From contig NW_003314281.1 of assembly GCF_000143415.4 (NCBI RefSeq), forward strand, positions 670,833 through 734,832: a DNA stretch of 64,000 bases. Direction: 5' to 3'. Position 1 is the stretch's first letter. Each line of letters starts with the position of its first letter. The position numbers were made by a program, and so were the translations under genes. Positions 36,367-48,338 of this stretch are shown one piece after another. The notes beneath the pieces were generated by a model. The model saw only the letters and a list, made by a program, of their open reading frames with translations. It had not been told where the DNA came from and made no database searches. Source of the stretch: Selaginella moellendorffii. Lineage: Eukaryota; Plantae; Lycopodiophyta.

Positions 36367-37887
36367 ATGGAAGGAGAGCCTCCATGGGCGCCACCGCCAT
36401 TGATCGCAATCCCGATGAGTACATCGAGCAAGCGCTTCTCCGGGTTTCGATCCCTGAGTAGCAGGCTAAAGGAAGATCTGGGCGCCGTCGTCGATGCCTC
36501 TCCAAAGATCGAGGAAGAGCACAAGAAGGAAAATTCCGGCGATCTCGAAGAAGGAGAGCTGCCGTGCGACGTTGGAGACAATCGCGACGAGCCAGGTACT
36601 GTGGTAGTGCTAGAAGCAGCGGCCGAGAAGACAATCATTCCGCCGGAACAGCCACTAGGTCTCATCGCGAAGGCAGGCTATCATTCTTTCACTGCAGAGC
36701 ATCTGGATCGGCAAAAGTCTGTAGAAGAGATGGAGCTCATGGATCGAAAGGAAGCTTTGCTAGCAAAAGTGGAAGAAGAAGCACACAACAAAAAGAGGAA
36801 AAAGGATGATCCGGAAGAGCAGGGACAGGAAAAGAAGAAGAAAAAGAGAGGTCTTTCCGACGAAGGCAAGAAAAGGAAGAAGGCCCGAGGGAAGATCAAG
36901 CGTGCCGAGAAGGAACGAGCAATGGGGGTGGCGAGGCGGCGGCCAGTCTACACGCAAGTCGAGAGGCCTCCAAAGCCGCGGCTGTTGTGCAGATACTTCA
37001 TGAAGGGGCGGTGCTCCAAAGGCAAGAGCTGTACGTTCTCTCACGAGGAAGTCCCCGACACGAAGCTCTACCTCTGCAAGTACTTCCTCACGCGCTGCTG
37101 CCTCAAGGGTGACGAATGCCCATTCTCTCACGACACGGCCAAGTTCCCGTGCAAGTTTTTCATCTCCCTGGGCTTTTGCAAGGATGGCGAGAGGTGTAAG
37201 TTCTCTCACGCGTCGGTCAGCAAGGAGGAGCGCGAGAAGATCATACAGCGGTTGGAGATCGAGAAGAAGCAAAAGCTGGAGGAGAAGAAGCAGACGCTAG
37301 AGGAGAAGAAGCAAAAGCTGGAAAGTGCTGGTGGTGGTGATGGTGGCGACGAGGAAATGGTCGAAGAACAAGCCAAGAACTCGAGCAGCAGTCCCGACTA
37401 CTATGATCCGGACTGGGAGGATTACTCCGCGACGCCGATGGACGAGGACAACTTCCTCTCCCGAGCCGCGAGGCAGGCAGCGCTGGAGCACATTGATCGG
37501 GAGGACGAGGCGAGCTACGATCCAGCTCCTGGAGAGTGGTGGAAGAACAATCGCTATAGCGCGTCGCCACCCAGAGAGGATAGTTTCTTAGCGAGGCAGG
37601 CAGCGGCACTCCAGGAAAATGGGAGAGAGGATGAAAGAACCAAGATCATCAGCTCTCCGGATCCAGGACAAGACAATCCCAGCAGCTCCACTGCTCCAGC
37701 AGTCTTGGCCGACGACGGAGAAGACGATCTTCTCGTCAAAATCGCGAGACAAGCAGCAATCGAGCAGTGTAACAGTATGGTTTCGTTCGCAGCTCCTCCC
37801 AGATCAAGCTGCTCGACGTCCGGCTCAAGCATCATGGATCAACTCCAGCAATCGGTCCGTGAATCTGGGATTGGGATTTTTTTCTGA
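36367..37887 (+). CDS. CCCH zinc-finger protein with three tandem fingers; single exon
   Basis: Three C-x7-C-x5-C-x3-H-like fingers (CRYFMKGRC, CKYFLTRCC, CKFFISLGFC). Confidence 0.9.
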   Translation: MEGEPPWAPPPLIAIPMSTSSKRFSGFRSLSSRLKEDLGAVVDASPKIEEEHKKENSGDLEEGELPCDVGDNRDEPGTVVVLEAAAEKTIIPPEQPLGLIAKAGYHSFTAEHLDRQKSVEEMELMDRKEALLAKVEEEAHNKKRKKDDPEEQGQEKKKKKRGLSDEGKKRKKARGKIKRAEKERAMGVARRRPVYTQVERPPKPRLLCRYFMKGRCSKGKSCTFSHEEVPDTKLYLCKYFLTRCCLKGDECPFSHDTAKFPCKFFISLGFCKDGERCKFSHASVSKEEREKIIQRLEIEKKQKLEEKKQTLEEKKQKLESAGGGDGGDEEMVEEQAKNSSSSPDYYDPDWEDYSATPMDEDNFLSRAARQAALEHIDREDEASYDPAPGEWWKNNRYSASPPREDSFLARQAAALQENGREDERTKIISSPDPGQDNPSSSTAPAVLADDGEDDLLVKIARQAAIEQCNSMVSFAAPPRSSCSTSGSSIMDQLQQSVRESGIGIFF

Positions 37888-38262
37888 TTAAAAAAAGGAG
37901 AGCTTTTTTGTTGGAGATCACATCGTACGCACAAGCAAATGCGCCAAGCATGATCACGACGTAGTGGGGATTTCTTTTGGAATTTTTACCGGCATCTTAT
38001 CCTTGTCACATATTCTACGAGGGATATGCTCACATTCTCGGCCTTACACGCCAGCTGGACGGTCCAGATTCGTCGTGGCTTGGTTGTCCTTGGCACGCTA
38101 AAGTAGAGCTCTAGAGCGATGGAGATGAGACCTCTCCCACCTCCACGCAATGCGCCTGGAGAGAATAGTCTCCACCGTGCACGCCTGGAATTTAAGGAGT
38201 GGTGTCGAAGAAATCCTCGCTTTGATCACGAATTGAATGAGCTCGAGCGTTAGAATTCCAGA

Positions 38263-40021
38263 ATGGATCGCGACGAGGAAGTGGCGCTCCTGGGAAGAAC
38301 CGACTCGAGCAAGGTGAGGCTGGATCATCAAGAGATCTATCTTTCTCGCTTCGATCTCATCCCTCTTCTTTCGCTCCACTTTGTTTTAGCTCAAATCTCG
38401 GGTCAAGCTCGCTGCTACTGGGTGTGCTCTTGGGATTTTTGCCGTCCTCGCCACCGTGTGGTTCCTCGATCTTGGTGGGTTCTTCCAATTCGACGCCGCT
38501 CGATGGGTGGAGATAACAGAGGATCCCATCGTCTCGCCGGTGGATCGGCGAGCTCCAGTGAATTTCCTGGCGCTGGGCGATTGGGGACGACATGGATTGT
38601 ATAACCAGAGCTTGGTTGCTTCCCAGGTCGGTGTTCTTTGTGACTCTTCTCTCCTTTTCTCAAGTTTTCGTGTGCATTGCTCTTCCAGATGGGAAAGATC
38701 GGCGGTGCGCTCGAGATAAACTTCGTGGTCTCGGTGGGAGATAATTTCTATAAGAATGGACTGACTGGAGTGGATGACATCGCATTTGATGAATCCTTCT
38801 CTCGAATCTATACTGCTCCAGCGCTCCAGAAACCATGGCACGCAGGTATGATATACAAATCTTTGATCAAGACTATCGATCTAATTATCTCTTTTCCTTG
38901 TGCTGGCAGTCTTGGGCAACCATGACTACCACGGAGACGTGTTCTCCCAGCTAGATCCACGGCTTGGTTTACGCGATTGGAGATGGCACTGCGTGAGAGA
39001 CGCACAACTTATCTTTGATTTGAGCCCATCTCTTTTCCGAGGTTTGTTTCGCCATAGCCATGCCTAGTAACCATGGTTTTACATGGTTTCTTTAGTTTGC
39101 GTGCTTTGAAAGCTTGCTAGATTTTTCCCACCTTTGCGTGCCTCCAAATCTAGAACTTTCTAACCGCCGCGCTTACTCTTCTACAGGAGACGTAGACTCG
39201 CGCGTTTCTACAGTAGAGCTCTTCTTCGTTGACACAGTTCCATTCATTGACCAGTATTGGGCGCCAAACCAGAAGCACGACTTTGACTGGAGGGATATCC
39301 TTCCTCGCCATCGCCATTTGCAGCAAAAGCTCGAGGTATATGCGCTCCATATCATTCACACTATCAATGTTTCACATTGGTTCTTCCAGAATTTGACAAG
39401 TGCTTTGAATGCTTCCACCGCGTCTTGGAAGATTGTGGTTGGCCACCACACTATAAGAAGCTATGGAGCCCACGGGGATAGCGTTGAGCTAGTGAGGCAA
39501 CTCCTTCCCATTCTCGAGGTAAATAATATATTTCTAAGCCTTGTGTCGCAAATCATACAGTGCATTTAGATTCTTTCCGTGACTTGTTTTATGTTCTGCA
39601 ATAATCTTTAAAACGAAGCCGCGTGTGCCTGTGATCAGTTCTAACCCATTGCTGCGCTGAAACAGGGAAACAACGTGGACGTTTACGTCAATGGGCACGA
39701 CCACTGCCTTGAACACGTCAAGAGAGACGACAGGTATCCTTAAGTTTGATTTGATTGTATTTGTAGTTGATTCATCCATCCTGACAATTCCACTCAACTC
39801 TTTCTATGGTTTTGATTTTGCACAGTCCAATCCATTTTATAACCAGCGGTGGAGGCTCCAAGGCCTGGAAAGGAATCTCGCCACCACAAAACTCGAATGG
39901 CTTGCAGTTCTATTACGACGGGCAAGGATTTGTGTCCTTCTCAGTCGCAGAGTCGTGGTTACAGATTGTTTACTACAACATTTACGGGGAAGCTGTTCAC
40001 AAAGTTCGGCTCACAAAATAA
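38263..40021 (+). CDS. Low-molecular-weight purple acid phosphatase (PAP3/8/17-like); spliced
   Basis: All metal motifs present: GDWG, GDNFY, GNHDY, GHH, GHDH; also TSGGGSKAW. Confidence 0.92.
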
Positions 40022-40078
40022 CATGTATATTGTTTTCTGTATAATTGAAAAAGATGAATACTTCACTTCAAGATCTGA

Positions 40079-41216
40079 CTAATGACAGTTGCTGGGACGC
40101 TTGAATCCCACGCCTTGCAATCTGCTCTCATAAGGTGTCATCGACTTGAACAGCTTCCAGTCTTCAAGTACCTGCTTCTGTCCCGCCAACTTTTTTGTAA
40201 GTCCGACGCAGCAAGTTGCATGGTTGGTGCAAACCTTTTCTAGATCCGAGCTCACCGTGCAGAAGCCACCGAAATAGACGGTAGGCATGAAGTTGAAGCT
40301 GAGATCAAGGTCTTTGAACTGCTGGGTCTTCTTGAGCTCGTAAAACACGTCTTGATCGTGAAGCCCAGGATGGAACCGGTGCATTTGCAGCCACAGATCA
40401 AACAGCCTCCTGGTGCGATTGCTTGCGACAACGTGAAGGAACCCGGTGTTTTGCAAGTTTGCGATATCTGACGAGTTGTTGTTGAAGACTTCGCAAGCCG
40501 ACTCAAAATCTGCGTGCTTGGAGAAGTGACGAAATGGAGGCCGGAACCAAACAATGTCGATATCCTGTCCAGAATTGGACCTCATAGATAACATGTCTAA
40601 GGAACAAATTCACCCAACTTACAGTGAAAATGAAGTTGAAATCGTACTGTAAAACGAGGGCGAGAAGGTAAGTCTTGAGATTTACCAATTTGAGGTAATC
40701 TGGAGCCATGGAGACTTGCTCCGCGGAGAAATTTACACCGGGCTTGAATCTAAACTGGAAGCAATGGACCTTCCCAGCGTGGATGCATTTCTCGTATGCA
40801 AAGCTATCCACAGCCACAATCACCATATGCTTGAGCAAATAGCTTATTCCTTCTCCCAGATCAAAGCTCTCCAAGAACGTATCGAACATTCCTCCTGGAT
40901 CACACCACGCCTTGTTGAGCAGCCCGATCAAGACGGTCTTCTGGTCATCAAGAGCCGCAACTTCAAGAACTTTCTTAAATCCCTGGAGATCACTGTTTGT
41001 CTGGAAGAACAAGAATTAGAGAAGTGTGTATATCCAAAAGATAAATATCACCATAGCTGTGAAGTTTCCAACAGGCTCTCCAAGTTTAACAAGGATTGGT
41101 CTTCCTTTTGATGCTTTATACCTGATTGTCACTAACGAGATCGCACAAAGTGTCAGACCAAGCAAGGGAAATCCATAGGAACAGCTCCTCGTTCTCATTT
41201 TCAATCTCATTCCCAT
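40079..41216 (-). CDS. Nucleotide-diphospho-sugar transferase (GT77-like/At4g15970-like); spliced
   Basis: N-terminal TM, FLESFDLGEG, FIFT|DIDIVWFRPPF (DxD), NTGF, HDQDV, HATCCVG. Confidence 0.88.
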
Positions 41217-41279
41217 CTCCTCTAGCTAGGTTAGCTGATTCATTAAACAAAGTAGCTAACCAACCATGGAAAAAATTGG

Positions 41280-41495
41280 CTGATTTTTTTCATGATAATA
41301 GTGACACGGAATCAGAATACAACCAGTAGTGTGTGACAGACTTTGGTGGTATCCACACAACCACAGTCGGAGACTCGGCCATGCTTGGAAGCTGCACGAA
41401 GTCTTCACTGGCCGAGCTTCGAAACACCGATGCTGGAAAGCCTTGGACGCTGGGAACGCAAGTTGCGGCCACTAGACTGTCTGTGAACTTCTCCG
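41280..41495 (-). pseudogene. Truncated duplicate of the GH30 gene 3' end
   Basis: High nucleotide similarity to ~45920-46230, with internal deletions. Confidence 0.9.
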
Positions 41496-41781
41496 GAAGT
41501 GTTTAACATCTAAAGTTCGCACAAGAAAAAGACAAACTTTGATTTGTTTATTTTGTGTCTATAATATCTATTTTTATCTCTTTGCAATTTGAACTTTTAC
41601 ATCATTGGTTTTAGTGTAATGTCAATATTGTTTGTCACTTTCTAACATGGGACAAGAACTATGTAAAACTTCTTAGAGTTTATAACAGCTAAAGGTTTGC
41701 TTAAAAGCAAACAATATAAAAAAAAATCCTTTTAACACTAATAAAGATTAAAGGCAGTTTATTTATAAACTATAGACAAAC

Positions 41782-42293
41782 TTAACAATAATTTACTTTA
41801 TAACGCAAGCTATCATATTCAAGCCAAGCTCTAACAACAAACTGTGTAGGTTGTGAAAATTTATAAGGTTCATCAGTTTCTGGAGGTGCAATTTCTACCC
41901 ACTCAACAAACCAAGGTGCCTCACCTCCCCAATTATCATGAGACAATTCCATTTTACAAATATGATCATATTCACCTAGACAAGGAGCTGATAATCCCCC
42001 AAAAACATCAGTATGACATCTTTCAAAATCGTTATAATTTTTATGGTCTAAATTGCGAAACATTAATGTTTGTCCCTGTGAAGTAAAAAATACAGCATTC
42101 ACATTTGCATCTGTGCCAGCATGGTCAACACATCCAGTCTTGATGGTCACTGTATATTGGCACTGAAAAACTCAAAAAAAATCAGTATACTAGAAATAAA
42201 TCAACCTTTTACCTGAGCATTAGCATCATGCAACAGAAAAATGAGAAGAAAGAAGAGGGGAGGAAGAACACAAGACCACAAATGTCTTCCCAT
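41782..42293 (-). CDS. Secreted single PLAT/LH2-domain protein; 2 exons
   Basis: Signal peptide MGRHLWSCVLPPLFFLLIFLLHDANAQ|CQYTVTIKTG...AGTDANV, FERCHTDVF, WFVEWVEI. Confidence 0.85.
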
Positions 42294-42736
42294 TTACTAA
42301 GAGATATTTAGCTTGTCTAATCTTGCCCTTTAAAAAGCAGGAATTTGTTTGTCATGACATGCTAAAAGTTTATGTATATACTTTGAATTATCCATTCATT
42401 TCCAATGACGGTAGCAAGTCCACCAAGTTTTGCCCACTCCACCAATGGCTAGATTTACAGTGCCAACTCTCTCTCTTGCAATATTATGTCTAGATTGCCT
42501 AGAGAGATGGCAAGTAATTTTTTCGAAGCTCAAGTGCCTAACCAGGCTGCAAGTGGACGTGACTGGCATAGGATTCAACATCGCCCAAGGAGTCGTGGAA
42601 ATAGAGCCCATTACTCGGTGGTGGTCAGGTTAAATTTGAAGGATGGGTTCAAATAGTTAGTAAAGAAAAAACATTTAAATTTCAGATCTTTAAACTACCC
42701 TATTTCTTTTACTAAAAGATGTAGTGATCAGGTTGG

Positions 42737-43976
42737 TGTCAGAGATTCAGTCTCAAGTTCAATCAACAGGTGAGAGCCTAACAAGAGTCAGGTGATAGGT
42801 ACAGTTTAGTATATAAACTAAACCCTTTATCAGCAATGGCCTATAGGATTCTTCCTTGTTTGTCTATCTGGCCTAGAGTTCTACAGTGGAGTCTTATAGT
42901 TTGATTCAATTCCCTTGAGTCCTTCAAGACTCTTATATTATAGCAAAGTTTTTTATGGTTCTTAGTCTTTGTGATTCTTTCAGTTCGAGCTAGCTTTTGT
43001 TTGCCACTTTTGGATTGTGGATTACTGGGCTGCAATCCTTTCCCCTTGGCTTCATGTGGTTGCAGCCCTAAAATTCTATTAGACTTAGACTCAGACTTAG
43101 GGACAACACACCAAGCTGTCCTCCTCCCCTCTTACTCGGCTCCACAGATCAACATCCAGCTCCAACTCTGGTTTAGGTGTGGTGTGGAGGCCATGCATGA
43201 GAAAAGGAGCTCCACATTGGCTTCTCATTCGAGATGTCGAGCATGTAAGTGTCACTAAGCAGCACCCCAAGTTGGCACATCTGCCATATACAACCAACCA
43301 ATACTAGATATCATTGTATGAGCAAAGGTTAGTCTAGAATGAGTGGAGGATCAAACTAACTACCTCTATAATTATTTTTTTCTTCTGATTTTCTTCTCTT
43401 TCTTTTTTCTCAAACACAAGCAGATGCAGGCCATATGCAGGTTAGGCATTTTCTTAGATGACTCATCTCCAAGGGGAATATTGTCAGAAATCCAGCTCAG
43501 GTTCAGGCTTAGGTAATCAAGCATAGTTCAAGCTTAGGGAATTGATCAGGTTCAATTGACAGGCAAGAGCTTAACAAAGCTGAAGCAAAATGTGACAAGA
43601 ACCTAAGGATAGGTTCCAGATTTTTGCATTGCCAGACAGCTCAAAGCAACAAAAGCAGTAATGGGACTTAAAACTTGCAATAGAGATAGGGCTTTGCAAT
43701 TGGGAAGAAGGGCTCACATAGGTATTTGTTGTTATAAACTGGAGAGTAGCTAAGTTATATCGACCTGCCTAGTTGATTTTTATTGCAAACTTAGAAGTGT
43801 GGTTCTGGCTTAAAAGGTTTTTGACTAGATGTCATTGAAAGATCTTGTGGTGTGGATGGGACTTGTAGTTGGATATGGTTGCCAAGGAGATGTTGCCTTT
43901 ATGTTTTAAGACTTTCACAACATGTGAGATCTCAACTTTCATCCTAATAGCTTTACATTCCTCTTGATCACTAACA
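42737..43976 (+). mobile_element. Putative LTR retroelement remnant (partial LTR-like copy, PPT and LTR at 43482-43976)
   Basis: Related TGTCAGA... starts at 42737 and 43482. The latter is preceded by the purine tract AAGGGGAATA and closes with CTAACA. Confidence 0.45.
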
Positions 43977-43993
43977 CTTGCAGCCATGTGGGG

Positions 43994-44093
43994 NNNNNNN
44001 NNNNNNNNNNNNNNNNNNNNNNNNNNNNNNNNNNNNNNNNNNNNNNNNNNNNNNNNNNNNNNNNNNNNNNNNNNNNNNNNNNNNNNNNNNNNN
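43994..44093. other. Assembly gap (100 N)
   Basis: N run. Confidence 1.
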
Positions 44094-44099
44094 AAAAAA

Positions 44100-45745
44100 A
44101 CAAAAAGGGGGGGGCAGACGGCAGGTCAGCTCTGATCCACTCTGAATACTAAATCAGGTGAGATCGGCAGTTGCTGTACTTGACGTTCAGTGTCCACAAG
44201 GTGCAGAGCAAGATCTACCTTTTCTTGATGAGGTTCGCGAGGCTCAAAAGATTGAAATGTGGATTCGAAGGCTTCGAGATGTATTTGAGAATCCTACATC
44301 ACTTGCTGATGACTTGCCTTTCCGGCATTTACATTCTCAATATCGCTTTGAAGATGGCCTTCTTTATTTTGTGGGAACAAGTCCTAATGATCATTTACGG
44401 TTGGTGGTGCCTTCTGTCTTTGTTCCGCGGTTTCTCCATGCCTACAATGATTCTCCTGTTCTAGGTGGGCATATGGGACATCGTCGTGTGACCGAGAAGC
44501 TACATAGGTCTTTCTATTGGCTGGAGATGCGACATGATGTTATTCGGTATGTGTAGCTGCGTTTGGTGCTAAGCTCGTAATACTCCCCCTTGTGTTGTGA
44601 AATGACGGTTGGAATCAATTACAGTTTCCCGTCTGTTTGAGCTGGTGGCGTTTGATCTTATGGGACCTTTTCCACAGTCGACTGTTGGCAATGAGTATGT
44701 TATTATTGCTTCTGACTACTTGACTCGTTGGGTGGAAGTTGGTGCTTTTGCTAGCGCCTTTGTAACTGTTGTTGGATACTTCCTCCTCAATCGAGTGGTG
44801 TTCCAGCATTCTTGTCCAGAGCGGATTCTTTCGGATAATGGTCCTGCATTTATGGCTGAGGCATTTCATGTTTTGACGTCTCGGCTGGGGATACGCCACA
44901 CTTTCACGAGTGCTTATCATCCACAATCAGACAATCTGGTAGAACGGCTCGTTCGAACATTCAAAGGGATGATTGCGAAGTATGTGAACTTTCAACATTC
45001 AGATTGGGATGGTTATTTGCCGTCTCTTCGGTATGCCTATGTCACATGGGTTGCAGAGTTCTATTGGTGCTTCACCATATAAACTTCTATATGGTCATAA
45101 TCCAATATTACCAACAGAGCTAGGTTTACTTTCGCAATTGCCACGAGCTTGATGAGCATTCTTCCACTTGTCCGAGCAGAGTTTGCCGAACACTTAGGCC
45201 GCGTATAAGTGGGACAACAACGGCGCTACAACTCCCATCATCATCCATTTGTAGAGTACAAAGTGGATGATTTAGTGTTAGTCCGTTTTCCCTATCTTAT
45301 GGTACGTGGTTTATCTAAAGGCTCCTTGCAAGTGGAAAAGATCGTATTGGGTGTTGCGGCAAGTTGGACCATAAGTTTATGAGGTTTGGCATGACGTCTA
45401 GCAAACCGATCCTCCGGAGATTATGCATGTGTAGCAGTTGAAACACTTCATACAAAAGGATCAAAAGCAATTAATACCATCTACAAATCCACCAATGCCT
45501 CCTCTTGACATTCCTCCAAATCCTGGCCCATCTACAAGAGAACTCTAACGGCCTTCCATTATTCCGAGAGGAGGGGATGATGTAAAGGCCAAGTGTATGC
45601 CGTATACTAATATTAGCATAGTGGGATTTTAGTAGCTGTCGAATTGGTTTCAATCTGGACCACTCACTCTTATATATAAGTTAGGGTTTTTGGGTTAGTT
45701 GATATACACATTTCTGGATTCCTTTTCCATATTCCAAGCACTCAC
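44100..45745 (+). mobile_element. Decayed Ty3/gypsy integrase region with PPT and start of 3' LTR
   Basis: GGHMG..VTEKLHRSFYW zinc-binding region, DLMGPFP, DYLTRW, ILSDNG, AYHPQSDNLVER; stops present; PPT GAGAGGAGGGGATGA then TGTAAAG at 45581. Confidence 0.88.
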
Positions 45746-45955
45746 AAGTAGATTTATAATGATGTCATATTATTTGGGATGATGTGGCATGTCTTACATG
45801 GCAAATTAAGATGTTATGCATACATAACAAAAATATTCTACTGCTGCCAATAATATGTGAGCAAGTTTTGCCGTTTTGTTATGTTTTGTCGAAACTTGCG
45901 AACTCAGAATTTTTATCAGAAAAAATGGGCTGAAATTTATTTCATGACAAAGGAA

Positions 45956-47863
45956 TTAGAACACAACCAGTGTTGTGACAGACTTTGGTGGTATCCACAC
46001 AACCACATTCGGAGACTCGACGGTGAAGGCCAAGCTTGGAAGCTGGACGAAGTCTTCACTGGCCGAGCTTCGAAACACCGAGGCCTGAAAGGCCTTGGAC
46101 GCGATCCTGGGAACGCAACCAGTGCTGTAGCTCACATCCTTGCTTCTCGAGGACGTGTTCGTGACAACGAGCACTAGAGAGGTCCCAGATTCGTCCCTTG
46201 CGGCCACTAGACTGTCCGCAAACTTCTCCGTTGGCAACATCTCAAAGCCTGGCCTGATGAATCTAGAAAAGTGCTTGAGTACCTGGTACTGCTTGCGGAT
46301 TTGTAGATCATGTTTTCCTTGGTACGTGAACAAGCACTGGATAAGACCCCATAAACTTCCTGGCACTTCGAGCGCTTGCCAGTAGCACCACGCCGATGGC
46401 TGGAGCTCGTTTATGTCCAGACTGATGTGCCTGGCTACTTGCACTGCCACCTCCCATTCGTTGCCATTCCAGTTCAAGGGCCCGTATTCCGACATCCAGA
46501 GTCTCTTTCCAATAGAGCTAACAGCCTGCCTTACCTGAAAAGCCGAAACACTTAGATCGCCCAACAAAAAAGAAGCGCTTCTTTCTCTACCTCTTTCCTC
46601 CTTGCAGTCTCTTCTCTCGTCACGAAGTTGATGTAAGTATGCACGTTTACTTGATCGATGGCCGAGACCAATGGCTCGTCCATCAAACGCAGCAGTTTTG
46701 GAGTGTTAAAGCTCCAGGCGTCAAAGACACTGAGCTTCGTGGACAGGCCCTTGTCGAGAAGAGCTCGTTTCACATCCAAAACGACCTGCGCAATTCTTTC
46801 TCCGTCTTGGTTCAGCTGGTTAATTAAGCGGAGATTTACCTGGCGCATGGACGAGAACCGAAAGTTACATCCCTCTTGCGCTGCTTTGCTGCGGTTGATA
46901 TTCCACCATCCCTCGACTGGCTCGTTGAAAGGTGCGAGATAGTCGAAGTGCAAGTCGTGCTCATCTTGGTAGTACCTCACAACTTCAGTCAAGTAGTCCA
47001 CAAAAGCGGTGTAATACTTGCCGTCCAGGTTATCCTGGCCCCAGTTGTGGTTCCCTGCGACACACCAAGATGGCTAGAAAAAAAGAAAGAGAAACGAAAA
47101 ATGAAAAAATGTAAGATCACCTGTGACAGAACCACTCATGGTCATCCACCACGGTGGCGAATTCGAAAAGGCCTCAAAAATCTGAGCGCCTCGAGCTCGA
47201 GCTCCCAGCAGAACTGAGCGTTGCCTGGCATCAGCAGCCCAGACATATGGCCCTGACGGGCCACCCGGACGAAAGCCAGGCATATCAGCAAACGGCCTCA
47301 AGTTGGAATCACCACCAGTATACGCTCCGCCGCCAATGTTGTAGCGGACAATGGTGAATCCCAGGCCTTTCTCCGCATCAAACAGCAAATCCAATACGCG
47401 TTGCTGCTCCTTCTCAGGCAATCCTCCTACAAAATTTGCCCACCTGTTTTACTATTCAGTAAGAGCGACCAAAGAAGCAAGAAAAGTTAAGTTACCAGCA
47501 CAGTGAAGTCCCCCAGCCTTCCCATTTGAACGATGGAGTGTTTGACGTATCTAAAACTATCATATACTCGTCCTGGACGAGTGTCACAACGCGTTAGAAA
47601 CACAAAGATGAGAAAAAGCTTACCTTTTCTAGAAGCCCAGGCCAGACTTTCATCCAAGACGAAAGCGTCAGCTTGTGTTCTAGAACAAGCTCTGGAAGAG
47701 AAGCCGCCGCCAGGCCGGAAGTGATCGACCTGCGCCATTTCTCAAGGTGAAACGAAGACCGAAAGATGGAAGCTACAAAATTCGAGGTGGAGAGTCGTCG
47801 TGCCGCGCAGCAGCTAGCGCAGCCACAAGCGGCGGTGAAGCTGGTGCTACACTCGAGAGCCAT
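45956..47863 (-). CDS. Glycoside hydrolase family 30, endo-beta-1,6-galactanase-like; spliced
   Basis: WEGWGTSLCW|WAN, GLGFTIVRYNIGGG, FEAFSNSPPWWMT, PFNEP, QEGCNF, LWMSEYG, AWCYWQ. Confidence 0.85.
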
Positions 47864-48338
47864 AGCCAGACAGCCAACCGACCAGCCAGCCAGCAGCACT
47901 CCTCTCACTCTTGCCTACCTAAAGCTCTGTGATGACACTTGGCATCGATGCGTTGCATACCCATCTCTACCGTTCGATCTCGGACAACGATCGGAGAGAG
48001 ATGAGAGCAATGCCGTGCCTGATAAGAGAAAGAAACTTTCAGTGCACCTCTCTCCGTGGTCTTATTTTTGAAACACGCCGAGAGAAGCTGCAAAACACAA
48101 AAGTAAATCACGCTCCCAAATCAAAGAAAAAGAGGGAAATCAAAATCAAAACGTACCGAAAATTCACAGAAGTGGTGCTACTGCCATCCTCAATAAAAGT
48201 CGCCTTCGGAAAATCTGCTACTCCACACCTCCTACTGTCGCGAAAACGCTCTACATCTGTACCAACGTCGGGGCGATAAGTATATATATGTTGTCTCTCC
48301 TGTCTGCTCTTCCAATCCAAAAATCCAAAACCGGTGAA

